A program made the position numbers and the translations under genes. From the human T2T-CHM13v2.0 reference genome, Homo sapiens, in assembly GCF_009914755.1 (NCBI RefSeq), contig NC_060927.1: a DNA stretch of 64,000 nucleotides. One strand, given 5' to 3'. Below are positions 1 to 14,932 of the stretch, in pieces. Each line of letters begins with the position of its first letter. The stretch's first letter is position 1. The notes beneath the pieces were generated by a model. That model ran no database searches. It was not told the DNA's origin and worked only from the letters and a program-made list of their open reading frames with translations.

Positions 1-289
1 CTAGCCACTTCCTTTCTTGGGCTGTAGCACTCTGGATTTCTGTTCATACACACTCAACTGCAAGAGGCCCCAAGGTACCCACAGCCAGGGACTGGCTCTT
101 CTTCCTGGGGCCCATGGAATTATTCAGAATACCCAATCTTTAGGAAGCCCACAACACCCAGCTAACCCCACCCTGTTTGTCATACATAAGCTGCTTCTAC
201 AGTTCCAGCTTGCTGTTACCCTGTCCCCAGGTGTGGTCCTGCATGGTAGCGTTTTTGAGTGTCCGGCCATGCAAAGGAACTGTAATTAT

Positions 290-897
<608 letters not shown>

Positions 898-967
898 TGC
901 AAGTCCAAAAATAAGACGGGGTCTAAGAAAAGAGAATGCAAGTACATTTAAAAATATCCTAATTTTC

Positions 968-1328
<361 letters not shown>

Positions 1329-1477
1329 CTAATTCCCTGAGTACAAGAAAACAAAGTTTTATCAATTTCTCTAAGTGCGCATGACTGATTTTTCTAAAAA
1401 TAACCTGACTTTGTTGTCTAAAGTAGAAAAAGTAAATAGATCTGGTTGTGTTAATGTATTTATCAAAAAATAAATAA

Positions 1478-1775
1478 GTTGGCATGGTGGCTCATGCCAG
1501 TAATCCCAACACTTTGGGAGGCTGAGGTGGGAACATCGCTTGAGCTCAGGAGTTTCAGACCAGCCTAAACAACATAGTGAGACCTTGTCTCTACAAAAAA
1601 TTTAAAAATTAGCCAGGCGTGGCGGCACATACCTATAGTGTCAGATACTTGGGAGGCTGAGGTGGGAGGATTGCTTGAGTCCAGAAGGTGGAGGTATAGT
1701 GAGTGAGTCATGATCACAGCACTGCACTCCAGCCTGGGTGACACAGCGAGACCCTGTTTTGGTAAATAAATAAAC
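1478..1775 (+). mobile_element. Alu (AluJ-like)
   Basis: Diverged dimeric Alu. Confidence 0.85.
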
Positions 1776-1789
1776 AGAACCCCTATATA

Positions 1790-2760
1790 TCAAACAGACT
1801 GGTAAAAATTGAAGACTGACAAGACAAATGTTGGCGGGGACGTGAAGTAGCCTGGATTCTCATCTGTCATTGGTGGGAACGTAAAATGGCACACCCACTT
1901 TACAAAAAGCCTGACAGTTTCTTCTGAAAATAAACAAATGCCTATCTTATGACCCACAAATTCAATTCCTAGGTATTCACCCAAGATAAAGGAAAACAAA
2001 TGTCCCCAAAAAGACTTGTACAAGGATGTTCATAGCTGCTTTATTCCTAAGAGTGGCAAACCGGAAATAGCCCAGCTGGCCATCAGTTAAAGAATAAATA
2101 ACTAGCTGTATTCTCCACACAATGGACTACTATTCAGAAATAAAGAGAATCAGATTACTGATGCACACAATAGCATGAATGAATCCCAAAACATTATATT
2201 GAGAAAAAGAAACCTTACGCAAACAATACATACTGTATTACTCCATTGATATAAAGTTCTACAACTGGGAAAACTAATCTGTGGTGGAAAAATTTCAAAA
2301 CAATGGTTGTTTCTGGGGGTTGGGGGTGGAGAGTCATTGGATCAGCTATGAAGGAATTTTCTGTGGGTGATGGTGATGTTCAGTGTCTTGATCATGGTTT
2401 AGGTTGCATGTGTATATACGTGCTGAACCTCATGAATTAGTACACTTAAGATTTGTGCATTTCATTTTTTGTAAATTTTACCTCAAAAGAAACAAAAACA
2501 AACCGTACAAATATTGAACTGTAGTTGATGATATGCACGTTGAAATTTTGGGGGAGAAAATATACTGATGTCTACAAGTTACTTGGAAATGTATACAAAA
2601 TAAGATGGATTGTTAGATGGAAAGAGAGATGGATAGAAGGAGCAGTATACGCTGAAGTAAGAAGAGGAAAATGTTAATGGTAGAATATAACGAATGTGTA
2701 CATGGATGTTCACTGACATATTGTTCCCTTTTTGTGTGCATTTGGAAATATTTATAATAA
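1790..2760 (+). mobile_element. Ancient L1M (L1MC/ME-like) 3' region
   Basis: ttggtgggaacgtaaaatgg...aattcctaggtattcaccc...aatggactactattcag, degenerate L1 ORF2 end/3'UTR. Confidence 0.6.
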
Positions 2761-3205
2761 ACTGTAGTGGGAAAGCAATAATAAGTAAAGAAATAACAAA
2801 ATATACATCATCAAACTCATCCTTCTTACTGTTTGGAGTCTTAAAACTTGGCAAGGAAATTGGACAGACATTTTTTTCAGCAAGCCAAAGACCCCATATT
2901 CTAAGAATGATTTTTCTTTGTCTAAAACTCTCAGTGATCACCATGAGCAACAACAAAGCTTCTTTGTCAGTCTTGACTGTGCTGACTTCATGACAGCTGG
3001 GCCAAATGCTGGGAGCCAAAGTCTCTTGGTATCAATTACTAAGCTTTAATAGCCAATTACAGTGTGAGCAGATGACACTCTCTCATTTGAATGAATTAGT
3101 ATTAATTCTTTGTTGCCTGGGAGTAACCACTCTGCAATGTCAGTCTCAACTTCCTTTCCCAGCCAATATCTGATGGTGGTCTTTTTATCTCCATGTTTTT
3201 TCTTC

Positions 3206-4380
3206 TTCCTTTTTTTTTTTTAAATTATACTTTAAGGTCTAGGGTACACACGCACAACGTGCAGGTTTGTTACATAGGTATACATGTGCCATGTTGGTTT
3301 GCTGCACCCTTTAACTCGTCATTTACATTAGGTATTTCTCCTAATGCTATCCCTCCCCCAGCCCCCCACCCCACGACAGGCCCATGGTCTTGATCTCCCT
3401 GACCTTGTGATCCGCCCGCCTCAGACTCCCAAAGTGCTTGATCTTCTAGAATTTTTATAGTTTCAGGTTTTAGATTTGAGTTGGTTTTTGCATAAGGTGA
3501 GAGATGAGGATCCAGTTTCATTCTTCTACATGTGGCTTGCCAATTATCCCAGCACCACTTGTCGAAAAGTGTGTCCTTTCCCCACTGTATCTTTTTGTTT
3601 GCTTTGTCCAAGATCAGTTGGCTGTAAGTATTTGGGTTTATTTCTGAGTCCCTATTTTGCTCCATTGGTCTATGTGCCTATTTTTATACCAGTACCATGC
3701 TGTTTTGGTGACTATGGCCTTGTAGTGTAGTTTGAAATCAGGTAGTGTGACACCTCCAGATTTGTTCTTTTTGCTTAGCCTTTCTTTGGCTATGTGGGGT
3801 CTTTTTTGGTTCCATATGAATTTTAGAATTGTTTCTTCTAATTCTGTGAAGAATGATGGTGGTATTTTGATGGGAATTGCATTGAATTTGTAGATTGCTT
3901 TTGGCAGTACGGTCATTTTCACAATATTGATTCTATTCATCCATAAGCATGGGATGTGTTTCCATTTGTTTGTGTTGTCTATGGTTTCTTTCAGCAGTGT
4001 TTTGTAGTTTTCCTTGTGGAGGTCTTTTGCCTCCTTGGTTAGGTATATTTCTACCTTTTTTTTTTTTTTGCAGCTATCGTAAAAATGGTTGAGTTCTTGA
4101 TTTGATTCTCCGCTTGGTCCACTGTTGGTGTATAGAACAGCTACTGAATTGTGTACATTGATCTTGTATCTGGAAACTTTGCTGAATTCTTTTATAATTT
4201 CTAGGAGCTTTCTGGAGGAGTCTTTATGGTTTTCAAGGTAAAGGATCATATTGTCAGCAAACAGTGACAGTTTAAATTCCTCTGTACCTATTTGGATTCC
4301 CTTTATTTTATTTTAGGTTTATTTATTTATTTTTTTTTTTGAGATGGAGTTTCACTCCTATTGCCCAATCTGGAGTGCAA
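3206..4380 (-). mobile_element. Composite: L1PA 3' end (3206-3383) + Alu fragment (3384-3438) + L1PB-like ORF2 fragment (3439-4305) + Alu 3' fragment (~4318-4380)
   Basis: ORFs 3270..3665 and 3638..4249 translate to L1 ORF2 ([17 protein letters not shown]); L1PA 3'UTR and poly(T) at the left end. Confidence 0.8.
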
Positions 4381-5523
4381 GGGCCAGAGCCTCAGGTCTA
4401 GAACTGGGAGGGGAGCAGAGGGAAAAGATGAGTTGCAGTGAGCGTGGGAGAACTGCAGTAAAGTCACTGAGAGACATCTATCTGGCTGGAAGAGAAAGCT
4501 TGAATCTTTATTTTACATAATGTTTTACCTAACACTACTTTTACATCAAACAATGGGAAGAATCTTATGAATGTTTTCCATTAAATTGTGGGAGTCCACA
4601 CATCTCTTGGCACTACCATTGCAAGTCAGCTAGATCTCCACACCTGCACCAAGCATGTCAGCTACATTTTTATCTGCTTTATATAGAAGAATAATGCTTT
4701 CAATCTTATTGATTAAAGGATTCTATGGCTTTAAAAAAGATTCCCTGCAATTGGCAATGGGGTGTGATTGAAGAATTCTGAGCCAGGAAGCAGGTCAGTT
4801 TCATTTTAGCAGAAGCCTCTGATAGCAGAGTGGGGAGGCAGGCAGTGTTGCATGGTGTCTCAGTCTCTGGCTTTAGGATCATGCAGATTTAGATTTGAAT
4901 TCTGCCTTTACCATTCACCATCTGTGTGTTCCCATGTAAGTCACTTCATTTCCCTGAGTTTTAATCAGAAAACAGGAATAATAATGGCTCTCTCATGACA
5001 GTGTGGTAAAGGTTAAATGACAGAATGCTTATGAAGTGCTTGATCTGTGAACAGTATTTCTTACAGTTATTTTTATGGACTGAAGTGGTTCAAGACTGAA
5101 AGGAGGGAAAATAGTGGACTATTGCAACAGTCCAAATATGAGAGGAAGAGGACCTGCATGAAGGCATTAACCATACGGATGGAGAGAAGAGGGCAGATAC
5201 AGGAGATAACAACACACTAGGACTTGGGAACCAACTGGATTTGGGAGGCGAGGAAGGGGGAAGGAAAGGCAGAATCAAAGATGATTCATATAATTGTAAC
5301 TTGTATTACTTGCTGTTCATAAGTGTAGAAATACCAGATGATGTTATTTCTGGCAAAAAATGATGACTTACTTCACTTAGTGACCTAGAGGAAGTGTAAT
5401 TGAGAAATCATTATCTGATAACCCCATAAATACTGGTTAAGACTGTAGGTTCTTCTCCTTGCTTTGTGGTTAAAGAGAGAGAGAGACTGCTAGTATTTGA
5501 CTAAGTTCTTGATTTGGGAGAAG

Positions 5524-5557
5524 TGTGTGTGTGTCTGTGTTTGTGTGTGTGTGTGTG
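5524..5557. repeat. (TG)n microsatellite
   Basis: tgtgtgtgtgtctgtgtttgtgtgtgtgtgtgtg. Confidence 0.9.
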
Positions 5558-5619
5558 CATGTTTTGAATTCAGGGAAGATTTATCTGGCAATGGTGGATT
5601 ACAGGTTAAAAAAGTCACA

Positions 5620-6092
<473 letters not shown>

Positions 6093-6499
6093 TTACTTTC
6101 TTATATCACCCTGTAGTGATTTTTCCTTCTAGGGAGGAATAGATGAAATCAACGAGCTGTGACTAATATCTGCTGTTCTCTAGCAAGGGCCTCTGTGCTC
6201 ATTCTCCAGAAAATACAGTATGTAGCAACAAATGAAGAGAGTAAAATTTTCTGTCAAAAGAACTGCTTGCCTGGAAATTATGCCAGCTTACTTTTTTAAT
6301 GTTCTGATAAGAGAGAAGAAAAATTGCTCCTTAAGTTCCTGAGTGAGGCAAGAGCATTGTGTAGTAAGCACACAGTTCCCCTTTCTGTGAAGGGATCGAA
6401 ATCTGTATGCTGGCTGAGCCCAGGGTTCTCTCCCACTCCTTCAGAGTTCTTCTCTGGAAGACCAGATTTCCTGGCAGCTTCTGGAACACAGCAGGCCCC

Positions 6500-6871
6500 T
6501 GCTATGGTTTGAATGTCTCTATGGTATGTTCCTCTCCATTGGAACTGAAGTCCCAAGGTGATAGTATCGAGAAGTGGAGCCTTTGGGAAAATGATTGTTA
6601 TGGGGGCTCTGCCTTCATGAATGGGATTAATCCCCTTATTAAAGAGGCTTCAGAGACTGACTGACCTTTTGGCCCTTTGCCTTTCACCACGTGAGGATGC
6701 AGCAAAAGACGTCACCTATGAAGCAGAGAGCAAAGCTTCACCAGACGCTGAATCTGCTGGTGCCTTGATCTTGGACTTCCCAGACTCCAGAACTATGAGA
6801 AATAAATTTCTATTATATATAAATTACTCAGTCTAAGGTATTTTGTTATAGCAGCAGAAGGGACTAAGACA
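6500..6871 (+). mobile_element. MaLR solo LTR (MST-like)
   Basis: TGCTATGGTTTGAATGT...GGACTAAGACA, internal aataaatttct, 5-bp TSD gcccc (6495-6499, 6872-6876). Confidence 0.85.
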
Positions 6872-7649
6872 GCCCCCAGCTAATACTTACGAAACTGCAT
6901 TGAATGAACTCCTTTGAGCCGTGTCACAAGTTTTCCCTTCTGCATGGCCAGCCCCACTGATTCTGCCCCTGGTCCTTGTTGACATTTCCTCCAATAATGT
7001 CCTGCCCTCTGGCAGAAGGCTCACCTTTTTGGCACTGCATCATCTCTCACATGCTTCAAGGGACACCTTTGAGTGGGGATGCCACATTGGCCTGCCTGCT
7101 CTTACATGTCATAGGCCCAGTAACCTGAGTCACAGACGTGGGAACATACTCCTGGAAGAAGCCTATGTGAAGAGCCCCTACAGACAACACTGCAGCTAGA
7201 ATGCTGTATGCCCCTTAAGTCTTGCTACAAGTGGTCAAAGCCAGTTTTGAGATTCTGCTTTATTTTTTAAAACATTGATTCATTTACTCTTAGTCACATT
7301 CTTTAAAAATAATAGATGTGGAGGGATACAAAACCTGGAAAGTTGATACCTAGAGGTCTGTACTATCTTAGCCTGTCCATCTGTAGGTTTAGTCACACTT
7401 GATCACAAATTCCCTCATCTCAAGTGAAATAAAGATAGACTTATTGTCATAAATGATAGTTCTTGCCATTCTGGTGCTGCAAATAGTTTGTTCAGGGCTG
7501 TTGCACCAGAAGTTTGGGAGTTGGATAGGAAAAGACATTGATCCATTTTGGGAAGTCATCCTTGAAGTCTTCCTTGATGTTAATCTGGATTCTTGACAAA
7601 GTTCTCCTGTACCTTCTTTTGAAAAAGCAAATGGTTTATTTTTAAATTT

Positions 7650-7893
7650 AATTTTTATTTTTGGAGACAGAGTCTCATTCTCTTGCCCAGGCTGGAGTGC
7701 AGTGGCGTGATCTCAGCCACTGAATCTCTACCTCCCGGGCTCAAGTGATTCTCATGCCTCAGCCTCCCGAGTATCTGTGATTACACTAGTGTGCCATCAT
7801 GCCCAGCTAATTTTTGTATTTTTAGTGGAGACAAGGTTTCACCATGTTGCCTGGCTGGTCTCAGACTTCTGACCTCAAGTGAGCTACCACACC
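7650..7893 (-). mobile_element. Alu (internally deleted)
   Basis: gagacagagtctcattc...cccaggctggagtgcagtgg. Confidence 0.85.
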
Positions 7894-8248
7894 TAGTCAG
7901 AAAAGCACATAGTTTTGCTAGTGCTCCCCACTCATGCAATGTGGCATAATAGTTATTCTTTGACATTCTAAGCAGAGCAGATGACTCAACACGGTGCTCC
8001 CAGGAGCTCTTCCAAGATTAAAATATTTCCATAGATGGATAGATGAATGGATATATAATAAAGCAAGTACAGTAAAATGTAAGTGGTAGAATCTAGGTGG
8101 TGGGTACATGGATGTTCATCTGATAATATTTTAAACTTAGATTTATCTATTAGAAAATTTTCATAATAAAACATTGGAAAAAAGAAAAAAGCCCTTAACA
8201 GTGCCTGTTGCTGTCAGTGGCTATTATCAGCTAAGACCTTTAGCACTA

Positions 8249-8841
8249 AGAGTTAAGAAGAAATTACTTAGGCAGATATTGAGGGTATTGGTAAGGTTTT
8301 CCTTTTAATAAAAAGCAGCCCTCAAATCATTTTCTTTTCTAACAAAGAACAGCCTGTAAAATTGAGCTACAGACATGGACAAGCAAGCTGGAAGCTTGCA
8401 CAGGTGAATGCCAGCAGTTGTGCCAATAGAAAAATACTATGTGGGACTAGGCAAGTTCAAAATGGTGGCTCCATCTTCCCTTCTCTTTGTCAGTCATGTG
8501 TATAGTAAGGAGCAGACAAGATGGCGCTGGCCAAGTGGAAAGCCCATTTCCATAATAAGATTAGGGTGGGGAAACCAGCCTTCCCTGTGGGCTATGTAAA
8601 CATCAAACCTGATTGAACGGATCAGTGGGCTTTACCAAGCCTGCCTATAAAATCTGCTATGGTCTGCCACTTTTCCCTTTTTCGGACACCTCTCTCTCAC
8701 AAGAAGCTGCTCTTCTCTCTCCTTTCTTCTGCCTATTAAACTTTCTGCTCCTTAACCCACCCACATGTGTTTGTGTCCTTAATTTTCTTGGCACGAGACA
8801 ATGAACCCTGGGTATTTACCCTAGACAACAATGCCGCTTCA
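8249..8841 (+). mobile_element. 5' LTR (MER61-like; terminal TGATACAG missing)
   Basis: Aligns along its length to 17893-18518 (ORFs 8408..8599 and 18068..18259 are near-identical); cctataaaa TATA, attaaa, ends ...GCTTCA. Confidence 0.85.
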
Positions 8842-8843
8842 TC

Positions 8844-8861
8844 TGGGGGCTCATGCAGGAT
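8844..8861 (+). other. Primer-binding site, tRNA-Pro type
   Basis: TGGGGGCTCATGCAGGAT versus PBS-Pro TGGGGGCTCGTCCGGGAT (3 mismatches), 2 nt after the LTR end. Confidence 0.8.
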
Positions 8862-9874
8862 CAGAACCAAAATGGAAAGTATAAACATCAGAGCAGTAAG
8901 TGTGGAGCAAACCTCAAATCTGACCTTTAATATCAAGGCTCTCAGACTCCATTTAAAAATGCTTCAAACCAGTTTCCTTTCATGGAACTCAATCGCTTAG
9001 TTCCTCTGGTTCCATGGCTGGGGGGGTCACACTCCCAGCCATTGCATGGGGCTGGGAGAGGTCCTGGAGCAACTAAGGATTTCTGGCCAGGGCACACCCT
9101 GGTGTTATCCAGAGGCTTCTGGGTTGAACCCAGCCTTTGGCCACCCATCTGAGTGCTGGCAAAAAGGATCTCTAGCTATCCTGTTACAAAATTTTCCTCC
9201 TCTTCTATCCATGGTCACCATGTCTCCTATTTTCTCTGCATGCAATGTGCAGGAATTTTTATAGTTCAGGGAAGTAATCCTGTTAGGAAAGATCAGGAAA
9301 TGCTGTAGTAACTGGAATATAGCTCAGGGGAATGCCATTGTGATTTCCTAGGAACAGAAAGTCTTCTCCCACAGTGAGCATTTCACCCTCTGCCCTTGAT
9401 CTGGAAAGCACATGGCATCTCCAGGTCACTCTCTGCCCTTGAGCTGGAGAGCACGTGGCATTTTAAGGTCAATATCGCCACCTAGTGAACTAAAAATCAT
9501 CTCCATGAGGCGTTGTCGGTCCTTTGACATAACACTGTACCTTCCCACTTCTTCTCCCATTTTGCACCTCTCTACTAGAGACCAAGCTTTATGCTGCTTC
9601 TGTGGATGGGAAAACTCTGCATTCAACAATTAGGAGCAAAATGTCCTCCAGAACCAAATTTTAGTTCCAATACTGTCCCATCAGCAGGAAAATCACTATT
9701 AGGTCCCTATGTTCCTTTAAGTCACCTATTTATGTCTCCAGTTAAAGCAATACTTATTAAGGGGATTTTAAGTCCAGAAGTTAATGAGAACCATTCTCTA
9801 GGGGGAAATGCTTCAGCATGGGCCATAATAGCAAAATATGGAGTTCAATCTAATACCCTCCAAAGGCAACGACC

Positions 9875-10492
<618 letters not shown>

Positions 10493-10827
10493 TCCAAAGG
10501 CAACTATTACGTAGTCCTTCCCAATATCCATTTTTCAGGGAGGCACACAGATCACACAAGTCTAGGAAGTCAAAGGGAAATCACAGGCAGAGGACTAGAG
10601 TCACATGGGTAAGCGTGACTAATCTCAATTGCTTAGTTCCTCTGGTTCCATGGCTGGGGGGCGGTCACACTTACAACCATGGGTGGCGTGTTCAACAAGG
10701 TGCCAGGACCTAGGAACCAAGGAGGGAAAACAGCAGAGAGGACGCCCCCATTGTCTTTTCCTCCACACTTGGTCACACCAAAAGGAAGGAGACAAAAGGG
10801 ATGCCTTTTTCTTGCTTCTCTTTCTAA

Positions 10828-11430
10828 ATGGGTAACAAACCATCTTCAGCTTGCACCCCTCTGGGGTGCATCCTGAAGCACAGGGACTCCTTTAACCCTG
10901 AGACTTTGAAGGAAAAGTGGCTCACTTTCTTTTACACAAGGGCATGGCCTTCTTACTAGACCTTTGCAAGCATTGCACAATCAACCCAGCTCTTGTAGTA
11001 GTCATATCAGACAGGCCTATAGAGAATGATTCCCCAAAATTGGAGAAGCAACTTCTGGGGGAACCATCTGAGGATCCCCCTAACTTGGGGCCCCCTAAAG
11101 TTCCCTTATCATTACAGGACCTTAGGTAAATAAAGGGAGACTTAGGCCGATTTTCTGACAACTCTGATAGTTATATAGAAGCTTTCCAAAATTTAACTCA
11201 GGTGTTTAACCTCTCATAAAGTGATATTATGCTGCTCCTAAACCAAACCCTAACCGTAGCTGAAAAACAGGCAGCTCTGCAGGCAGCAGAGCATTTCAGA
11301 GATGAGCAATATGTTTCCTACAGCAGGCCAAAAGGGAAAGGAGAAAATAGAGAATGTGAAGAAATAGGGGAAACACCATTCCCAATAGGAAGAGAGGCAG
11401 CACCTCTTGACAATCCTAATTGGAACTCCC
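10828..11430 (+). pseudogene. Gamma-retroviral gag remnant (MA N-terminus and CA fragment)
   Basis: ATG 10828: [28 protein letters not shown]; later VPLSLQDLR*IKGDLGRFSDNSDSYIEAFQNLTQVFNLS*SDIMLLLNQTLTVAEKQAALQAA...DNPNWN, with stops and deletions. Confidence 0.8.
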
Positions 11431-11989
11431 AGACTTTTCTGTGGTAATTTTCCTTCTTTCGTTGTTTAAAATGGCTTCTATCTCTTCTTTTATAATGTTC
11501 TTCCAACCTGGGAAGAGCTAATTTCCTCAAACCTTAAAATGCTTGGCTTAGAGTTGAGCTAGGGGTAAAGGAACCCAGAAGCCTGACATGCTGAAAAAAG
11601 GGTAAAAGTTATGTGTGTGTTTTGTTTGTTTTGTTTTGTTTTTTACCAGTTGAGCTTTTGGCTTCTCTTTCCCTGAGTAAACTGGTAAAAGGGGAAATAA
11701 GGATTATTGTTTATATTCTCTATATAAAGTTTTAATTAGTGAAAAAGGATTTGTGCGGTTGGTCTTAAGCTGTAGCCAATCTGTTGTGTTTTGTGTGTCT
11801 TTCTGCATGGTTTTGTCAAAAGAAAGGGTACCTTAGGATGCAGGGCCAGGACCGCATAAGACTGCTGTTCAAGCCAGCCTAACAAAATGATCAGTAACAA
11901 ACTTGGCTACAGGCCTCCATCTTGTTTCGTGTCCTTGGAAACATGACCTGTAACCACGTGGCAATACTTTTAGTCTCCATTTTACAATG

Positions 11990-12420
11990 GTGGCTGTCTT
12001 CTTGTGCTAAGTCAGTTCCTGGGTGGCGGCCACAAAATCAGATAAGCCAGTTTATCAATCTGGGTGGTGCCAGATGATCCATCAAGGCCAGGGTTTACAA
12101 AATATCTTAAGTGCTGATCTTGAGAGCAGCTTAGGGAGGGTCAAAATCTTGTAACCTCCAGCTGCATGACTTCTAGGCCATGGTTTCTAATCTTGTGGCT
12201 AGTTTCTTGTCTGGTCCCCAGGCAAGAGGGAAGTATACCTTAGGAAGGGGCTGTTATCATCTTTGTTTTAAACTATAAACTGCAAACCAGGGTTCTCCCA
12301 AAGTTGGTTCGGCCCATGCCGAGGGATGGGCAAGGACAGCTTGCAGGCTGGAGCAAGATGGAGTTACTTGGGTTGGATCTCTTTCACTGTCTCAGTCACA
12401 GTTTTGCAATGATGGTTTCA
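11990..12420 (-). mobile_element. LTR8-like fragment, antisense, inside the ERV internal region
   Basis: Reverse complement begins TGAAACCATCATTGCAAAACTGTGACTGAGACAGTGAAAGAGATC, resembling the LTR8 5' end. Confidence 0.7.
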
Positions 12421-13879
12421 AAAGCTGCTTACCACCCCTTTGAAAATACCTCATACACTGGAGGTTAAGTTATAACCTAATTAAGGCTTGTTGGTTTCAC
12501 CTGTGGGGTTACTTTTTGTAAAGTTCCAAAGCTGAAAATCTTAATTGTTTTGCATGGCTGAAGTCGAGTAACAAAAGATTTAAAAGGATTTTCTTAAATA
12601 GTGCTCAGCTTAATTAAAAATGGATAGCCAAGTTATAGGTATATTTAAAAGGCATTCACGTTTTTCTCTTCTTGGATCTTATTTTTCTGGAAAAAGGTTT
12701 TTTCTTCTCAGTCGACTGAATTATTTTTCTCCATTTTTTTGTCTTTCCACTCTTAATGCACACATGAGAGGCCCTAAGATAACTTCTGGTAGCCTGGGAC
12801 TCCTTGGGAAAAACAGAGGAGGCACCATAGATTCCATTTTGGGGGAAAAACCCCCTATTTTCCTCATGTAACCCCAGGAATTGAAAGTGGATGGATCCCT
12901 CTCAAAATCAAAGGCTCTGTTCTGTTTTGCATTGTGTTATCTGATGGTTTTAAGTTTTGGGGGTATCAAAAGTTACCTTGCAGTATGAGAGAGCTTTGGT
13001 GTGTAATAACTAGGTAGGAAATATACTTTAAGGGATGGCTAATAGTGTTCATGGAGGGATACTTAACTCTTTGCACATTTGAATCAGAGAAGCATGCTCT
13101 TGTCCACCTGGAAGATATGGAAACATCCCCACTCCCCATTAAGAGATGAGACTCCATGGAGGATGGGCTAATTACAAAACAAGCCAATTGGCTTTGGGTT
13201 GCCTTGCAATGATATGCAAGGTAGAAGCACTGCACTGCCTCCTCCTGTAGCATCTCCCTCATTTTGGGGATCCAAGATCCAGTATAAAATGGCACCCTTA
13301 ATTTTGGGGATCTGTCTTTGCCTTCAGCTGTGCCTGCTTATTAGGCCCTAAAAATGCATTCCTTCCTGTTCCTCCAAGGGCTTTACCCTGAAGCAGGTAA
13401 TCCAATTAATAAACTTACAAATGAAAAATCTCAGAAGTGCTGAATCTTCTGTCTGTCTGTGTATATATGTGTTGTGTGTAATGTCTATAAAAAGAGCTCT
13501 AATTGATTGGCTTAAAGAAAAATGAGTGCTTAAATCAAGTATTTTTAAAGAAAAAATAAAAAGCTGTAATGCTTTTTAGTTCATATGACTTTAATCTTTA
13601 AGAAATAAAAATAGTCTTAAGAATTATTGGTAAAATACAAGGGTCATAAACATGTAAATAGGTGGTCTAAATCATGTAAGTCAGATACTAGGTTTGCTAA
13701 ATGTTCCAAGGTTGTAAACTACCTGCTTTACAACTTGGTAAGGCCTGGGGACATACGAAATTAACCACACCCCTAAGTATGCTGGAAAAAGTCAGACTTT
13801 ATCTATGCCTAATACATAATCAAAACAACCTACCAGGTTTCACAGTAAAGTTAAAAATTACCCAAAGTTACCACCATAA

Positions 13880-14932
13880 TGATATAGGAGTTAAGAATGT
13901 TTCACGTGTCCGTGTGAAGAGACCACCAAACAGGCTTTGTGTGAGCAACAAGGCTGTTTATTTCACCTGGGTGCAGGCGGGCTGAGTCCAAAAAACGAGT
14001 CAGCAAGGGTGGTGGGATTATCATTAGTTCTTATAGGTTTTGGGATAGGCGGTGGAGTTAAGAGCGATGTTTTGGGGACAGGGGGTGGATCTCACAAAGT
14101 AACTTCTCAAGGGTGAGGAGAATTACAAAGAAAATTCTTAAGGGTGGGGGAGATTATAAACAACATTGATCAGTTAGTGTGGGGCAGAAACAAATCACAA
14201 TGGTGGAATGTCATCAGTTAAGCTATTTTCACTTCTGTGGATCTTCAGTTGCTTCAGGCCATCTGGATGTATATGTGCAGGTCACTGGGGATATGATGGC
14301 TTAGCTTGGGCTCAGAGGCCTGACAAAGAAGAAATTACTTAGGCAGATAGTGAGGGTATGGAAGTGCTTGGTAAGGTTTTCCTTTTAATGAAAAGCAGCC
14401 CAAATCATTTTCTAACAAAGAGCAGCCTGTAAAGTTGGGCCTCAGACATAGACAAGCAACTGGGAGCTTGCAGGAATGAATGCAGGTAGGAAAGAACTAG
14501 CTGGGACTAGACATGTTCAAAATGGTGGCTCCATCTTCCCTTATCTGTCAGCCACTGTACAGTAAGGAGCAGACAAGATGGCACCGGCCCAGGGGAGAGT
14601 TCATTTGCATAATAAGATTAGGGTGGGATGAGGAGCCTTCCCTGAGAGCTATGTAAACGTCACACCTGATTGAACCAATCTGTGAGCCCTATGTAAATCA
14701 GACACTGCCTTCTCAAGCCTGACTATAAAATCCAGCACATTCATTGCTGGCCAGTTTTTTTTTTTTGCTCTCAGAAGCCCCCTCTCTCTCACTAGAAGAG
14801 TTGTTTTCCTTTCTCTTTCTTCTGCTTATGAAACCTCTGCTCCTAAACTCCTCATGTGTGTCTGTGTCTTAAATTTTCCTAGCATGAGATGATGAACACT
14901 GGGTATTTACCCCAGACAACATAGCCACTTCA
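13880..14932 (+). mobile_element. Nested solo LTR (MER61-like), split by LTR7
   Basis: TGATATAGGAGTT...GCCACTTCA, homologous to the host LTRs; 4-bp TSD ataa (13876-13879, 14933-14936). Confidence 0.85.
13898..14325 (-). mobile_element. HERV-H-family solo LTR (LTR7-like), antisense
   Basis: Reverse complement starts TGTCAGGCCTCTGAGCCCAAGCTAAGCCATCATATCCCC and ends GGTGGTCTCTTCACACGGACACGTGAAACA; 5-bp TSD aagaa. Confidence 0.88.

Noticed and set aside
1-285. ORF 17..331 and LTR-like sequence at the window start
   Set aside because: Non-ATG ORF; the sequence resembles an old LTR 3' end but I cannot assign a family with confidence
2579-3019. 146-aa minus-strand ORF
   Set aside because: Non-ATG start, overlaps a degenerate L1M, no recognisable domain or splice context
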